From positions 1,024,001 to 1,088,000 of the forward strand of contig CBDANS010000006.1 of the NCBI GenBank assembly GCA_965197745.1: DNA of 64,000 nucleotides, written 5' to 3'. Position numbers and translations under genes: made by a program. Positions 32,745-42,186 of this stretch are shown here, piece by piece. Every line of letters starts with the position of its first letter. Within the stretch, counting starts at the first letter, position 1. Source of the stretch: Opitutales bacterium (GTDB taxonomy: Bacteria > Verrucomicrobiota > Verrucomicrobiia > Opitutales > PNEW01). A model generated the notes under the pieces. It did no database searches. It saw only the letters and a program-made list of their open reading frames with translations, and had not been told where the DNA came from.

Positions 32745-32745
32745 G

Positions 32746-33015
32746 ATGAAGCGCCTGAAAATAACGGTTAAGGGACGTGTGCAGGGAGTGTTTTTTCGCG
32801 ATTCGACAAGGAATAAAGCTTCTGAACTCGGGATCTGCGGGTTCGTTCGCAATCAACCTGATGGCGCCGTCTATATTGAAGCGGAAGGGGATGATGAACC
32901 CTTAGAGCAATTCACACAGTGGTGTCGAGAGGGACCCCCTTGGGCGCGTGTGGAAGAAGTAGCTGTCAACGAATGCGAAGCTGAGGGGGCCTCGAAATTT
33001 ATTATAGAAAACTAA
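32746..33015 (+). CDS. acyP: Acylphosphatase
   Basis: GRVQGVFFR, GFVRN and GPPWARV; start set at ATG 32746. Confidence 0.92.
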   Translation: MKRLKITVKGRVQGVFFRDSTRNKASELGICGFVRNQPDGAVYIEAEGDDEPLEQFTQWCREGPPWARVEEVAVNECEAEGASKFIIEN

Positions 33016-33096
33016 AATGAGGGTCGTTCCGAAGCAAAGCCAACAGCCAGATGCCGCGGGAGTAACAGCTTGCCTTGACTTCCATAATAAGAATAG

Positions 33097-33861
33097 ATGA
33101 TTGAAGCCATGTTGCTTAAGGATAAAGTTGCCTTGATAACGGGTGCCAGCACCGGAATCGGCCGTGCGACGGCCAGCTTATTCTCGGAGCATGGGGCCCG
33201 CGTAATTGTCGCGGATATCAATGATGCGGATGGTATACAGACGGTCGAGGGGATTGAGAATAAAGGGGGAGAGGCCCTCTATATTCATGCCGATGTTGGT
33301 GTCATGGACCAGGTGCAATCGATGATCAAAGAGGCTATAAGCCACTATGGGCGCATTGATATTGTCCACAGTAACGCGTATGCGTCGGTCTCCGGGATTG
33401 CCCATGAGATCAGTGAAGCTGACTGGGATCGGACCCTGGAAGTCAGCTTAAAAGCAACCTGGATGATAGCGCGCAGTATCTTACCGACAATGCAGGATTC
33501 GCAGCATGGGGGGGCCTTTATTATTACCGGGTCTGTTCATTCAATTCGTGGCTATGCTCATAGCACTCCCTATCAGGCGGCCAAAGGCGGCCTCTTAGCG
33601 CTCACCCGCGCGTTAGCTGCCGACTATGCTCCGAACGTTCGAGTCAATGCCATCTTACCCGGGGCCATAGAAACGCGCCCTGCTACGGACGAGGAAAGAA
33701 AGAGGACAGCCGATATGTGTCCCTTGAAACGCAACGGCCGGCCGGAAGATATTGCCCAGGCGGCTCTCTTTTTGGCTTCTAATATGTCATCCTATATAAC
33801 GGGAACTTCCCTCATAGTGGACGGGGGCCTGGTCTCAACGATTACAATGCCACGGGAATAA
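33097..33861 (+). CDS. Short-chain dehydrogenase/reductase
   Basis: TGASTGIG, YQAAK and RVNAILPG motifs. Confidence 0.92.
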   Translation: MIEAMLLKDKVALITGASTGIGRATASLFSEHGARVIVADINDADGIQTVEGIENKGGEALYIHADVGVMDQVQSMIKEAISHYGRIDIVHSNAYASVSGIAHEISEADWDRTLEVSLKATWMIARSILPTMQDSQHGGAFIITGSVHSIRGYAHSTPYQAAKGGLLALTRALAADYAPNVRVNAILPGAIETRPATDEERKRTADMCPLKRNGRPEDIAQAALFLASNMSSYITGTSLIVDGGLVSTITMPRE

Positions 33862-33927
33862 TTTGCACCCTGACACGTGAAAAGAGCTAAGTAAAATCTG
33901 AATGTTAACCGGTATGAACTTAAAATT

Positions 33928-34884
33928 ATGACCACTGCTAAAACAAAAGTTAAATATCCCCTGTCCTGCACGATGGAAGCGGGGGTCGAAACCTTGAAGC
34001 GGTTCAATTTAAACACGGAAGGAGGGTTGCAGATGGATCTCTTAACCGGGAAATCCCCGGGGGGGCCTAATGTCGATAATATTAAAGAATTTTATGATAT
34101 AATGACCAGTGGTCATGCCCCTATGGGCAAGAGCTCTGGGACCGTTAAAGGGTGGAGTATTGAAAATATATATACGGTCGATGATCAGGCCTTACGCCTG
34201 CGATTGAATTTCGCGGCGACCGAGAAGGATTTTCGTCAGGTGTGTATCGACCGCTATATAAAATATGTCGACCAGGCAAGCCACCTGCCCTACCTTAAAA
34301 AAGTAAATATGCACGGTGCGCCCAAACGCTGGGTAACGGAGACACAAATTTACGGGCAGGAAGGTGATTACGAACTTCAAATAGAGGCAATCAAACAAAT
34401 TGCCTCTTTTGCTGGAGAACACGGGATAGAGATTACCTTGGAAAACACGAACCTTAACTGGGACGGCATTCCCGATGACATACCGGGTGAAGCGGTGAAC
34501 TGGAACAGGAGGAATCGCTATTTCGGCGAATCGCCGGAAGAGTGGATCAAGATGGGTGAAGACGTCAACATGCCGAACGTTTCCCTGTGCCTTGATTCTG
34601 GCCACGCGGCAACCTATGCGCAGATATTCTCCGACCATGATACGCGTAAGGAAACGATGATGAATTTTCTTTCTCGACCGGATTTAATCGGGCATGTCCA
34701 TTGGAACGATCAATTATTATATGATGTGCGTGGACGCCCGGATTATCACGGACTGATTGGTACCGCGTCGCTCCCGATAGAGTTTCATCGGAAAATAAAA
34801 TCCCTGGATGCGACCATCCTTCTGGAACATTTTTATTCCATCGAGGAACTCGAAGAAGAATTAGAGTTCATTGATAAATTGTAA
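33928..34884 (+). CDS. Xylose-isomerase-like TIM-barrel protein
   Basis: LEN, CLDSGH, HVHWND and LLE metal-binding pattern. Confidence 0.7.
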   Translation: MTTAKTKVKYPLSCTMEAGVETLKRFNLNTEGGLQMDLLTGKSPGGPNVDNIKEFYDIMTSGHAPMGKSSGTVKGWSIENIYTVDDQALRLRLNFAATEKDFRQVCIDRYIKYVDQASHLPYLKKVNMHGAPKRWVTETQIYGQEGDYELQIEAIKQIASFAGEHGIEITLENTNLNWDGIPDDIPGEAVNWNRRNRYFGESPEEWIKMGEDVNMPNVSLCLDSGHAATYAQIFSDHDTRKETMMNFLSRPDLIGHVHWNDQLLYDVRGRPDYHGLIGTASLPIEFHRKIKSLDATILLEHFYSIEELEEELEFIDKL

Positions 34885-34940
34885 GTTTTCAAGTTAGGGG
34901 TTTCAACGATAAGCGGGAGCTTTTTTAGGAATAGCGAAAT

Positions 34941-36782
34941 ATGGCTGATGGATTAGCATTTAAATGGCGGGTGATCCAGAGTGGCGGCAGCGGGGCATCG
35001 ATTTTTCTCGCGAGCAAAGAGGAACTGGAAAACTACGAGGTTGAAATGCAATCTGTCTCTGCGCCTTCCCGTGCCGGGCGTTTATTTACCTGGGAAGATG
35101 CGCAAAACCCACAACCCTCGTCTCCCGTCGGTCGCTTCATCGCACAATTGCTGGAATGGGGATTCAATGGATTGGCGCTGGAGGATGATCTTGAAAAGCA
35201 TCCGAACGAGATGCGTGGCTTTGCTCGCTACCTTAAAGAAAATGGTATGGGGATGATCCTCCGTCGCGAGTGGTGCGAGACTGAGATCGGCTACTCTATA
35301 CCGATTACAGAAAGTGAAGCACTTCCGCGCACTTCACGCAAGTTATGCCCATACAATGATGAAGTACGCGACTATTGGGTAAAGAGGATCGCGCGTGACT
35401 ACGAATTGGCGCCGGATTTGGAAGGTTATCGAATGAATGGGACGGAGTTTTACTTTATTAACGGTGCTCCATGGATGTGCGATTGTGCTGAATGCCGGAA
35501 ACGGTCCGGACGTGAACGAACGCGGGATGCAATTTGTCTCGTGGCAAATCTTTTTGCGCCTCATGGGGGGACATTGTTTTGGGAGACCTGTTCGGATGAT
35601 CCCTGGGGTCAACGCCATGAGACCGTTTACTTCAAGGACATGACTGGCGAGTTGCCCGATAACGCGTTTATTTTTATCAAACGGCTCTACTTTGACTACC
35701 ATCCGCATTGGCCACGCCACCCCCTCTTCGAATTTATCACCAAGGATGCAGAGGGGAATTCGCCTTATATGACAAGTATTCCCCTACCCAATGAATGGAT
35801 GGGCGTGCACAGCTACCCCTATTCACATGTCGATGAGTGGAGCGCGGCATTTCGCGATATGAAAGCGACCGGTCAACAGGGAGTGTGGCTATATGACATA
35901 GTGGAACCGGGGGGATATGATCCTCCATTAAACAAGGTGAACTGGTATGCCGTCGCTCGCTATATGCGAGATCCCAACGCCGATCCGGGCGAGGTCAAAT
36001 TATCCTGGGCCCAAGCACAGTACGGCGAGAAGGCAGCGCCGACCGTGCTTGAGGTTCTTTATAAAATGACAGAAGCGTTAGTGGGGATGTTTTATTTTGA
36101 TGGACTTATGACTGCCAATCACTGTCACTTTTCGAATATCGAATATCTGGACTCACACACGAGTGGCCCATACCATCAATCGACGCGCATGACGGGGATG
36201 ATGGGGATGGCCTGGCCCTTAGACATGTACACCCCGCAGCGTATGGCCGAGATTCGCACTAATCCCCGAACACGGTTGGTCTTTACCCAGGCGCCAATAA
36301 CACACGCTTTAAAGGATGAAGCGATGGCGCAGAAGGAGAAGGCAGTCCGATTGATTGAAGAGTCCATTATCCTATGGCGCGGGCTTAAAGGAAAGATGGG
36401 TGAGGAAGATTATAATACGACCCTGGTTGGACTGGAGGGGCATAAGCAAGTCGCCATGATTTTTTGTAAGTGTATGGATCTTTATATGGATTGGAAACTT
36501 GGCGTGTTGACGGAGGAACGTATAGATAAAGTGCTCGGGGAGGCACGTGGGCTAAATGGAATTATTGTGCCGGACCCTTTGTCAGAAGAACCGGAAGCCA
36601 GACCCATGGACGTGAATCGACCTGCTTCGCTTAAAACATTCGCGGAGCAACTGCGTCGAGACTTGCATGAACCTTGGATTGAGCAATATTGGTTAAAAAA
36701 AACTAAGGGTGTAGGGGCGGCATATGATGAAGATAATGCTGACGATCCTTGGCTGCGCATTATCAAACCCTCGGACGTATAG
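34941..36782 (+). CDS. Hypothetical 613-aa protein, possibly glycoside-hydrolase-like
   Basis: Long ORF. GFNGL, LCPY...W and NWYAVAR...W...YG patterns recall TIM-barrel glycoside hydrolases (inference); contains CDCAEC. Confidence 0.6.
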   Translation: MADGLAFKWRVIQSGGSGASIFLASKEELENYEVEMQSVSAPSRAGRLFTWEDAQNPQPSSPVGRFIAQLLEWGFNGLALEDDLEKHPNEMRGFARYLKENGMGMILRREWCETEIGYSIPITESEALPRTSRKLCPYNDEVRDYWVKRIARDYELAPDLEGYRMNGTEFYFINGAPWMCDCAECRKRSGRERTRDAICLVANLFAPHGGTLFWETCSDDPWGQRHETVYFKDMTGELPDNAFIFIKRLYFDYHPHWPRHPLFEFITKDAEGNSPYMTSIPLPNEWMGVHSYPYSHVDEWSAAFRDMKATGQQGVWLYDIVEPGGYDPPLNKVNWYAVARYMRDPNADPGEVKLSWAQAQYGEKAAPTVLEVLYKMTEALVGMFYFDGLMTANHCHFSNIEYLDSHTSGPYHQSTRMTGMMGMAWPLDMYTPQRMAEIRTNPRTRLVFTQAPITHALKDEAMAQKEKAVRLIEESIILWRGLKGKMGEEDYNTTLVGLEGHKQVAMIFCKCMDLYMDWKLGVLTEERIDKVLGEARGLNGIIVPDPLSEEPEARPMDVNRPASLKTFAEQLRRDLHEPWIEQYWLKKTKGVGAAYDEDNADDPWLRIIKPSDV

Positions 36783-36807
36783 GTAAATAAAGACAAGAAG
36801 AAATCTC

Positions 36808-37587
36808 ATGATAAATGACAGGCTGAATGAACTGCTGAACGAGCATGATCACCTCTTCGGTTTGATCTGTCGTGATGTCACAATGACCGATATCGAATTG
36901 ATAGCGCAGGCAGGTTACCAAATTGTCTGGATCGATCTCGAACACAGCCCTATTACTACCGCGGAAGCGGTTCGACTGGGACGAACTATCCACCACCTGG
37001 GGATGGTTTCCATGGTGCGCATCCCGGAACTGCGACGCACTCATGTTCAGGTATTGCTCGATGGAGGCATCGATATAATAAATTTACCGGATGTGCGAAA
37101 CGCGGCAACCGCGAAAGAATTTGTCCGCTTGGGAAAGTACCCTCCTTTGGGTGAGCGCGGGGCGGCCTCAACCACGGCGAGTACCGGATTTACGATTGGC
37201 GATGACCCGAAGAGGACCTTTGAAGAGGCGAACAACGCGACCCATCTCATGGCCATGATCGAATGTGACGAGGGCTTTGAAGCCCTCGAAGGAATACTCG
37301 CCGTTGAAGGAATCGATATCATAAATGTAGGACCCACAGACTGGTCGGTGAGTCTTGGCATCTTTGGCGAGGAGGCAGAAGCGCACCTCGCGCCAAAAAT
37401 TGAGCATGTGATCAGTGAATCGGTGAAGGCCGGTAAGCTTCTGGCGATGGGCGCATTTCAACCCGATCTGGCCGTCAAGCACCGCGACCAGGGGGTTCGC
37501 ATTACCTTGGTCGGCACCGATGTCGGCATGAAACGGAAGGTCTTCCATGATACCTTTGCTACCTATCGTAACCTCTTAAAAGGCTAA
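36808..37587 (+). CDS. HpcH/HpaI-family aldolase
   Basis: IDLEH, LLDGG, KYPPLGERG, MIE and VGPTD motifs. Confidence 0.88.
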   Translation: MINDRLNELLNEHDHLFGLICRDVTMTDIELIAQAGYQIVWIDLEHSPITTAEAVRLGRTIHHLGMVSMVRIPELRRTHVQVLLDGGIDIINLPDVRNAATAKEFVRLGKYPPLGERGAASTTASTGFTIGDDPKRTFEEANNATHLMAMIECDEGFEALEGILAVEGIDIINVGPTDWSVSLGIFGEEAEAHLAPKIEHVISESVKAGKLLAMGAFQPDLAVKHRDQGVRITLVGTDVGMKRKVFHDTFATYRNLLKG

Positions 37588-38604
37588 TTGATTATGAAAC
37601 TTGGCATCAATACCGGGTTCATTATGAAATTCGATTTCGATGAGGGATTGCGCTACGCGTCAAACCTGGGCCTTCATCTCGCTGAAGTGGGAGCGTGTGG
37701 GATCGCGTCGAAGAAATACTGCGATGTCGAAAAATTGCTGGCTGATAATGGAGAGCGACAGAGCTGGCTCGATAGCTACGCCAAATATAATATTGAAATT
37801 GTTTCATTATCCGCGCATGGAGCACCGCTCACGCCGGATAAAAAGATGGCCGATGAATACAGCCGCCAGTTTCGTCTCTGCTGTGAACTGGCAGAGAGAA
37901 TTGGGGTGAAGAAAGTAACCCTTGTTGCCGGATTGCCAGAAGGGGTTGAAGGAGGTATTTTCCCTGTCTGGATTACGCAGCAGGTGGATGTGCCGTTTTA
38001 CCGCAACGCCCTGCAGTGGCAGTGGGAGAATCGGTTGATCCCATATTGGAAGAAACATGGAAAAATCGCAGAGGATTACGGCGTCACCCTCTGCTTTGAA
38101 ATGCAAGTCGGTGACATGATAAACAACCCGGTTAAACTCAAACAGCTTCGCGATGAGGTTGGTCCCGTTGTCGCCTGCAACTTCGATATCTCTCACATGT
38201 GGGCACAAGGTATCGATCCTATCGAGGCGATTCGTTATCTCGGCGATCTGGTGCAGCATGTTCATATCAAGGATACCTGTATCCATGAACATAATCTTCG
38301 TCTTAAGGGGTTTAATGATTCCACCTCCTCTACCCTGCCTGAAAAGCGTGCCTGGACTTTTACTTTACCCGGGTGGGGTCATGACGAGAAGACCTGGCGT
38401 GAGGTAATCGCAACCTTAAGGCTCATTGGTTATGCGGATATCCTTTCCGTCGAAATGGAATGTGAGTACATTGACATCGAGGAGGGGATTGAAAAATCGG
38501 TCGCTTTTCTCAAACCCCTGATCCTCGAGAAACCAACGGGTCAGCGTTGGTGGGAAGCGGCGGCGTTTGGCCAACTGTGGAAAGTAGAAAAGGAGGATAA
38601 GTAA
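37588..38604 (+). CDS. Sugar phosphate isomerase/epimerase (TIM barrel)
   Basis: CFEM, NFDISH, HVHIKD, PGWG and SVEME motifs. Confidence 0.85.
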   Translation: MIMKLGINTGFIMKFDFDEGLRYASNLGLHLAEVGACGIASKKYCDVEKLLADNGERQSWLDSYAKYNIEIVSLSAHGAPLTPDKKMADEYSRQFRLCCELAERIGVKKVTLVAGLPEGVEGGIFPVWITQQVDVPFYRNALQWQWENRLIPYWKKHGKIAEDYGVTLCFEMQVGDMINNPVKLKQLRDEVGPVVACNFDISHMWAQGIDPIEAIRYLGDLVQHVHIKDTCIHEHNLRLKGFNDSTSSTLPEKRAWTFTLPGWGHDEKTWREVIATLRLIGYADILSVEMECEYIDIEEGIEKSVAFLKPLILEKPTGQRWWEAAAFGQLWKVEKEDK

Positions 38605-39362
38605 TGTCTGTTCAACTGGAATTCGTGGGTCATGCCTGTTTTCGTCTCTGGGAAAATGGCAAACCTGAGATTGTTATGGACCCGTTTTCTCACGAGAAAA
38701 CGGAACTGCCCGATGACGGGTTTCGCCTCGATGCAGATACGGTGATTGTCAGTTCTCTCACCGATCCAGCTCACGATAATGTAAAGCTCGTTAACGGTGA
38801 CCCGAGGGTCATAAATGCGTTGGACGTTGCCACCGGAAAGACGGTAGCCGAGATCAACGGTGAACCGCTGGTGACTATAGCAGCGGCAGAGATACCGGAT
38901 CACCCTGAGGGGACGGACGACAATGCTCTGTATGCCTTTAAGGCCGGGGGTCTCTGGTTCGCCCACATGGGAGACCTGGGGTTTGAGTTATGCCGTGAGG
39001 ATTTGGCTCCTTTTGTCGGGAAGTGTGATGTCTTAATGACCATCACCGGAGAAAAGTTCACCCCAAAATTCGACGAATTGGATCCGATGATTGAGTTTTT
39101 AAAACCTACATGGATATTCCCGATGCATTACGGATTACCGCCACTTGCGGGAACCGAGATCCCAGGCGGAGGAATGACTTTTATCGATAAGTTTCTCAAC
39201 CGGCGTCGAGGTGACCCCGTATTCCTCGCACGGCATCACACCGTTACCTTTCCACTGCCTCAATCAAATGAAGGGCGCCCGACGATCGTGGTCCTCGAAC
39301 CCTCTGCCTATCAGGCGACCGGGGGGATCCCCGCATTTTCCTGCCTCCAGGAGGGAAAATAA
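38604..39362 (+). CDS. Metallo-beta-lactamase-fold hydrolase
   Basis: GHACF, DPF, HMGDLG and PMHY motifs; the HxHxDH motif is degenerate (SLTDPAH). Confidence 0.75.
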   Translation: MSVQLEFVGHACFRLWENGKPEIVMDPFSHEKTELPDDGFRLDADTVIVSSLTDPAHDNVKLVNGDPRVINALDVATGKTVAEINGEPLVTIAAAEIPDHPEGTDDNALYAFKAGGLWFAHMGDLGFELCREDLAPFVGKCDVLMTITGEKFTPKFDELDPMIEFLKPTWIFPMHYGLPPLAGTEIPGGGMTFIDKFLNRRRGDPVFLARHHTVTFPLPQSNEGRPTIVVLEPSAYQATGGIPAFSCLQEGK

Positions 39363-39444
39363 TTGAATATTCATCTTTCGAAAAACAATAAATGTCCCGT
39401 CGGGTGAATGATCGCGCGGTGGCGAAAGGAATGGGGAATGATTT

Positions 39445-39490
39445 ATGAAAAAGTATAAGCCAATAAATAGACCAACAATATTATTTAAAT
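39445..39490 (+). pseudogene. Detached 5' end of the gluconolactonase gene
   Basis: MKKYKPINRPTILFK joins in frame to F-MGSVVIALL (42185 onward) once the IS and one TSD copy are removed. Confidence 0.7.
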
Positions 39491-39576
39491 GGGACTTATG
39501 TAGATAACTTGACAAAAATCACATATATTTAAATACGAAACTTGACAATATCATAATATTGCTTTATGGTATTACT

Positions 39577-40509
39577 ATGAAAGCAAAAAAGAAACCCACT
39601 GGATTAAGTCTATACCAAATCATGGAAAAATATAAAACCAAGGAAGATGCTCTTAGGTATTTTGAGAAAATTCGTTGGGGTAATAAACCCACATGCACAA
39701 AATGTGGCTGTGATAGTAAGATCACGCCTCAAAAGGAAAAAGGTAAATATTGGTGTGGATCGTGCCGTGGTTATTTCAATGCTTTAACTGGAACACCTAT
39801 GGAACGGAATAAAGTTGATCTACGCAAATGGATTTATGTTACTTATACCTTAATGACTTCACGCAAGGGAATTTCAAGTATTCAACTTGCTCAGGAACTA
39901 GGAGTTCAACAAAGAACAGCTTGGTATATGCTCCATCGTTTGCGTTTGGCATGTGATACTAGCTTACAGATGTTGCATGGATCGGTCGAAATAGATGAAA
40001 CTTATATCGGGGGGAAAGAGGCTAATAAACATAGCAATAAAAGATTGAAATTAGGTCGAGGTGCTGTAGGTAAACAAGCTATAATCGGTATGAGAGAACG
40101 TAAGGGAAGGGTTAAGACTATGCCGATTGAGAACTCAGACCAACGCACTCTTCATAGTGTGATTAGTAAAAATATAGATACTGAATCTACCCTTTACACG
40201 GATGATCACAGGGGGTATATCGGATTAAAGGGATTTTACCATAATCATAAAAGCGTGAAACACTCCGCCAAGGAATTTGTAAACGGTATGGCACATACTA
40301 ATGGCATTGAATCTGTATGGGCGATTTTAAAGAGGGGTTATTATGGCGTTTATCATAACTGGAGTAGGAAGCATTGTCAGAAATATGTCAATGAGTTTAC
40401 TTTTCGCCTGAATGAGGGTAACTCTTCTAGGGATACACAGGATCGTATAAACGATTTGTTCAGGGCTATGTCAGGAAAAACTATTACCTATAAGGAGTTA
40501 ATCGGATAA
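39577..40509 (+). CDS. IS1595-family transposase, apparently intact
   Basis: CTKC...CGSC Zn ribbon, EIDETYIGG, YTDD, HTNGIESVWAILKR and YVNEFTFR motifs. Confidence 0.93.
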   Translation: MKAKKKPTGLSLYQIMEKYKTKEDALRYFEKIRWGNKPTCTKCGCDSKITPQKEKGKYWCGSCRGYFNALTGTPMERNKVDLRKWIYVTYTLMTSRKGISSIQLAQELGVQQRTAWYMLHRLRLACDTSLQMLHGSVEIDETYIGGKEANKHSNKRLKLGRGAVGKQAIIGMRERKGRVKTMPIENSDQRTLHSVISKNIDTESTLYTDDHRGYIGLKGFYHNHKSVKHSAKEFVNGMAHTNGIESVWAILKRGYYGVYHNWSRKHCQKYVNEFTFRLNEGNSSRDTQDRINDLFRAMSGKTITYKELIG

Positions 40510-40592
40510 TTCCCAATTAATTGAGGCGTAGATGATAAATAAATTATTCTACAGCGATTGACACGAAGTTAATTAATGCGCATGAGGCATGT

Positions 40593-41393
40593 ATGAAACC
40601 ATTACAAGTCAGATTAGATACAAGCAACACAGATGACAGTTTAATCTTGGATAAGTTTGTAGAACGAATTTCTGCGATTTGTGATGTGCTAGTGCAGACG
40701 GATCTTATTATGTCTGAAAACAATGAGAAGAACACCGAATTTAAGATTACTAATCTTTCTCATTCTAGCCCATTCACGATAGAAATTTCGGGGTATCCTC
40801 TTACATCCACATTAGATGATTACAGTGATAACGTATTTAATGAATTTTTTTCTATTCTCAACGATTTTAGCAAACGTGTTCCTACTAAGGAATATCCTAC
40901 AAAATTAGTTGAATCTTTGCGTAGAATAGGAAAAGACATAGACCAAAAAGAATCCAGAATCTCATTTTCAATGAATGGTAAAGAAACTCAAGTGACCAAT
41001 GAATTTATAACTAACACAAAAGCATATGTCATAGAAAATAGAACATACAAGGGATCGGTTAAAGGTATGTTAGAGCAAATCAATGTTCATGGAGGGGCCA
41101 ATAATATTAGGATTTATCCGATCATAGGAGCAAAATTTGTCAAATGTAGCTTCCCGACAAAGATCAAAGATGAAGTCACTGCTAGTATAGATAAATATGT
41201 AGAGGTGTTTGGGATACTTACATATAAGCCAAACGAAAAGTTTGCTAGCGAAGTTGCAGTTGATAGCATTAAAGTTTTCCCTAATGAAGATGAACTACCA
41301 AAACTAGGCGACCTAAGAGGAATTAATCCAGATATAACAGGATCCCTAAAATCCGAGGATTTTATTAGAAAGCAAAGAAATAGTGGGTGGTAA
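40593..41393 (+). CDS. Hypothetical passenger protein, putative partner/antitoxin of the PIN gene
   Basis: 266-aa AT-rich ORF overlapping the PIN gene by 11 bp. Confidence 0.7.
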   Translation: MKPLQVRLDTSNTDDSLILDKFVERISAICDVLVQTDLIMSENNEKNTEFKITNLSHSSPFTIEISGYPLTSTLDDYSDNVFNEFFSILNDFSKRVPTKEYPTKLVESLRRIGKDIDQKESRISFSMNGKETQVTNEFITNTKAYVIENRTYKGSVKGMLEQINVHGGANNIRIYPIIGAKFVKCSFPTKIKDEVTASIDKYVEVFGILTYKPNEKFASEVAVDSIKVFPNEDELPKLGDLRGINPDITGSLKSEDFIRKQRNSGW

Positions 41394-41928
41394 AATTTAC
41401 TATTGGGATAGCTGTTGTTTTCTAGCTTTAATAAAGAATGAACTACGGGAACCCGGTCAAATGAACGGTCTTATACAAGTTCAAGAACAGTTTGACAGAA
41501 ACGAGTGTACCATCATGTCTTCAGTAATTTTAAGAATGGAAGTTCTCAAAGGAAAGTGGGATGACAAACATACTGAAATTTTTAATGGCATGCTCAAGCG
41601 AAGAAACATGCAGGAAATAGAAATCAATAGCGAAATTACTCAATTTGCTACGGAAATACGTGAGTTTTCATTCAATCAGTCAAGTGAGTCAAAAAAGCCG
41701 AAATTAAGCGTTCCAGACGTGTTACATTTAGCAACTGCAATTATTTTAGAAGCCAACGAATTTCACACATTTGACGGTTGTGGCAACAATAAGGGAATAA
41801 TTGATTATAACCATAATGTTGCGGGTCATGATCTTTTGATTAAAATGCCGTTCTTAGATCAACAGAGTCTAGATTTTGATGAAAAAACAAATAATCACGC
41901 CAAACAAGGAACTTTGGATGATGAATGA
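41383..41928 (+). CDS. PIN-domain (VapC-like) nuclease
   Basis: YYWDSCCF, ME, LSVPDVLHLATA and FHTFD acidic PIN pattern. Confidence 0.8.
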   Translation: MGGKIYYWDSCCFLALIKNELREPGQMNGLIQVQEQFDRNECTIMSSVILRMEVLKGKWDDKHTEIFNGMLKRRNMQEIEINSEITQFATEIREFSFNQSSESKKPKLSVPDVLHLATAIILEANEFHTFDGCGNNKGIIDYNHNVAGHDLLIKMPFLDQQSLDFDEKTNNHAKQGTLDDE

Positions 41929-41954
41929 TTCCATTAAAAATTCTATAAACTGAT

Positions 41955-42119
41955 ATGAGCAACACACAAAAGAAAATCGATAAAGCAGCTAAGGCACTAA
42001 TGAATATGCCTGGCCCTAAAGAACATGTAAGGCCAATCCCGACTAAGAAGGATTTTGAAAAGAAATTCGTTATGCGAGTAGATCGTAAGGGCAAGCCGTC
42101 TATGCGTGAAGTCAAATAA
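41955..42119 (+). CDS. Small basic passenger protein (54 aa)
   Basis: MSNTQKKIDKAAKALMNMPGPKEHVRPIPTKKDFEKKFVMRVDRKGKPSMREVK, found by manual translation. Confidence 0.5.
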   Translation: MSNTQKKIDKAAKALMNMPGPKEHVRPIPTKKDFEKKFVMRVDRKGKPSMREVK

Positions 42120-42186
42120 TGTGTAATGTGGGATTAGTTTGGGTTATCCGTTTGTCAAGTTAACTACATAAATCCCATTTAAATTC

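Larger units (their letters stand above)
39491..42176 (+). mobile_element. IS1595-family element carrying passenger genes
   Basis: 26-bp IRs GGGA(C/T)TTATGTAG(A/T)TAACTTGACAAA with two mismatches; 8-bp TSD ATTTAAAT at 39483-39490 and 42177-42184. Confidence 0.94.
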
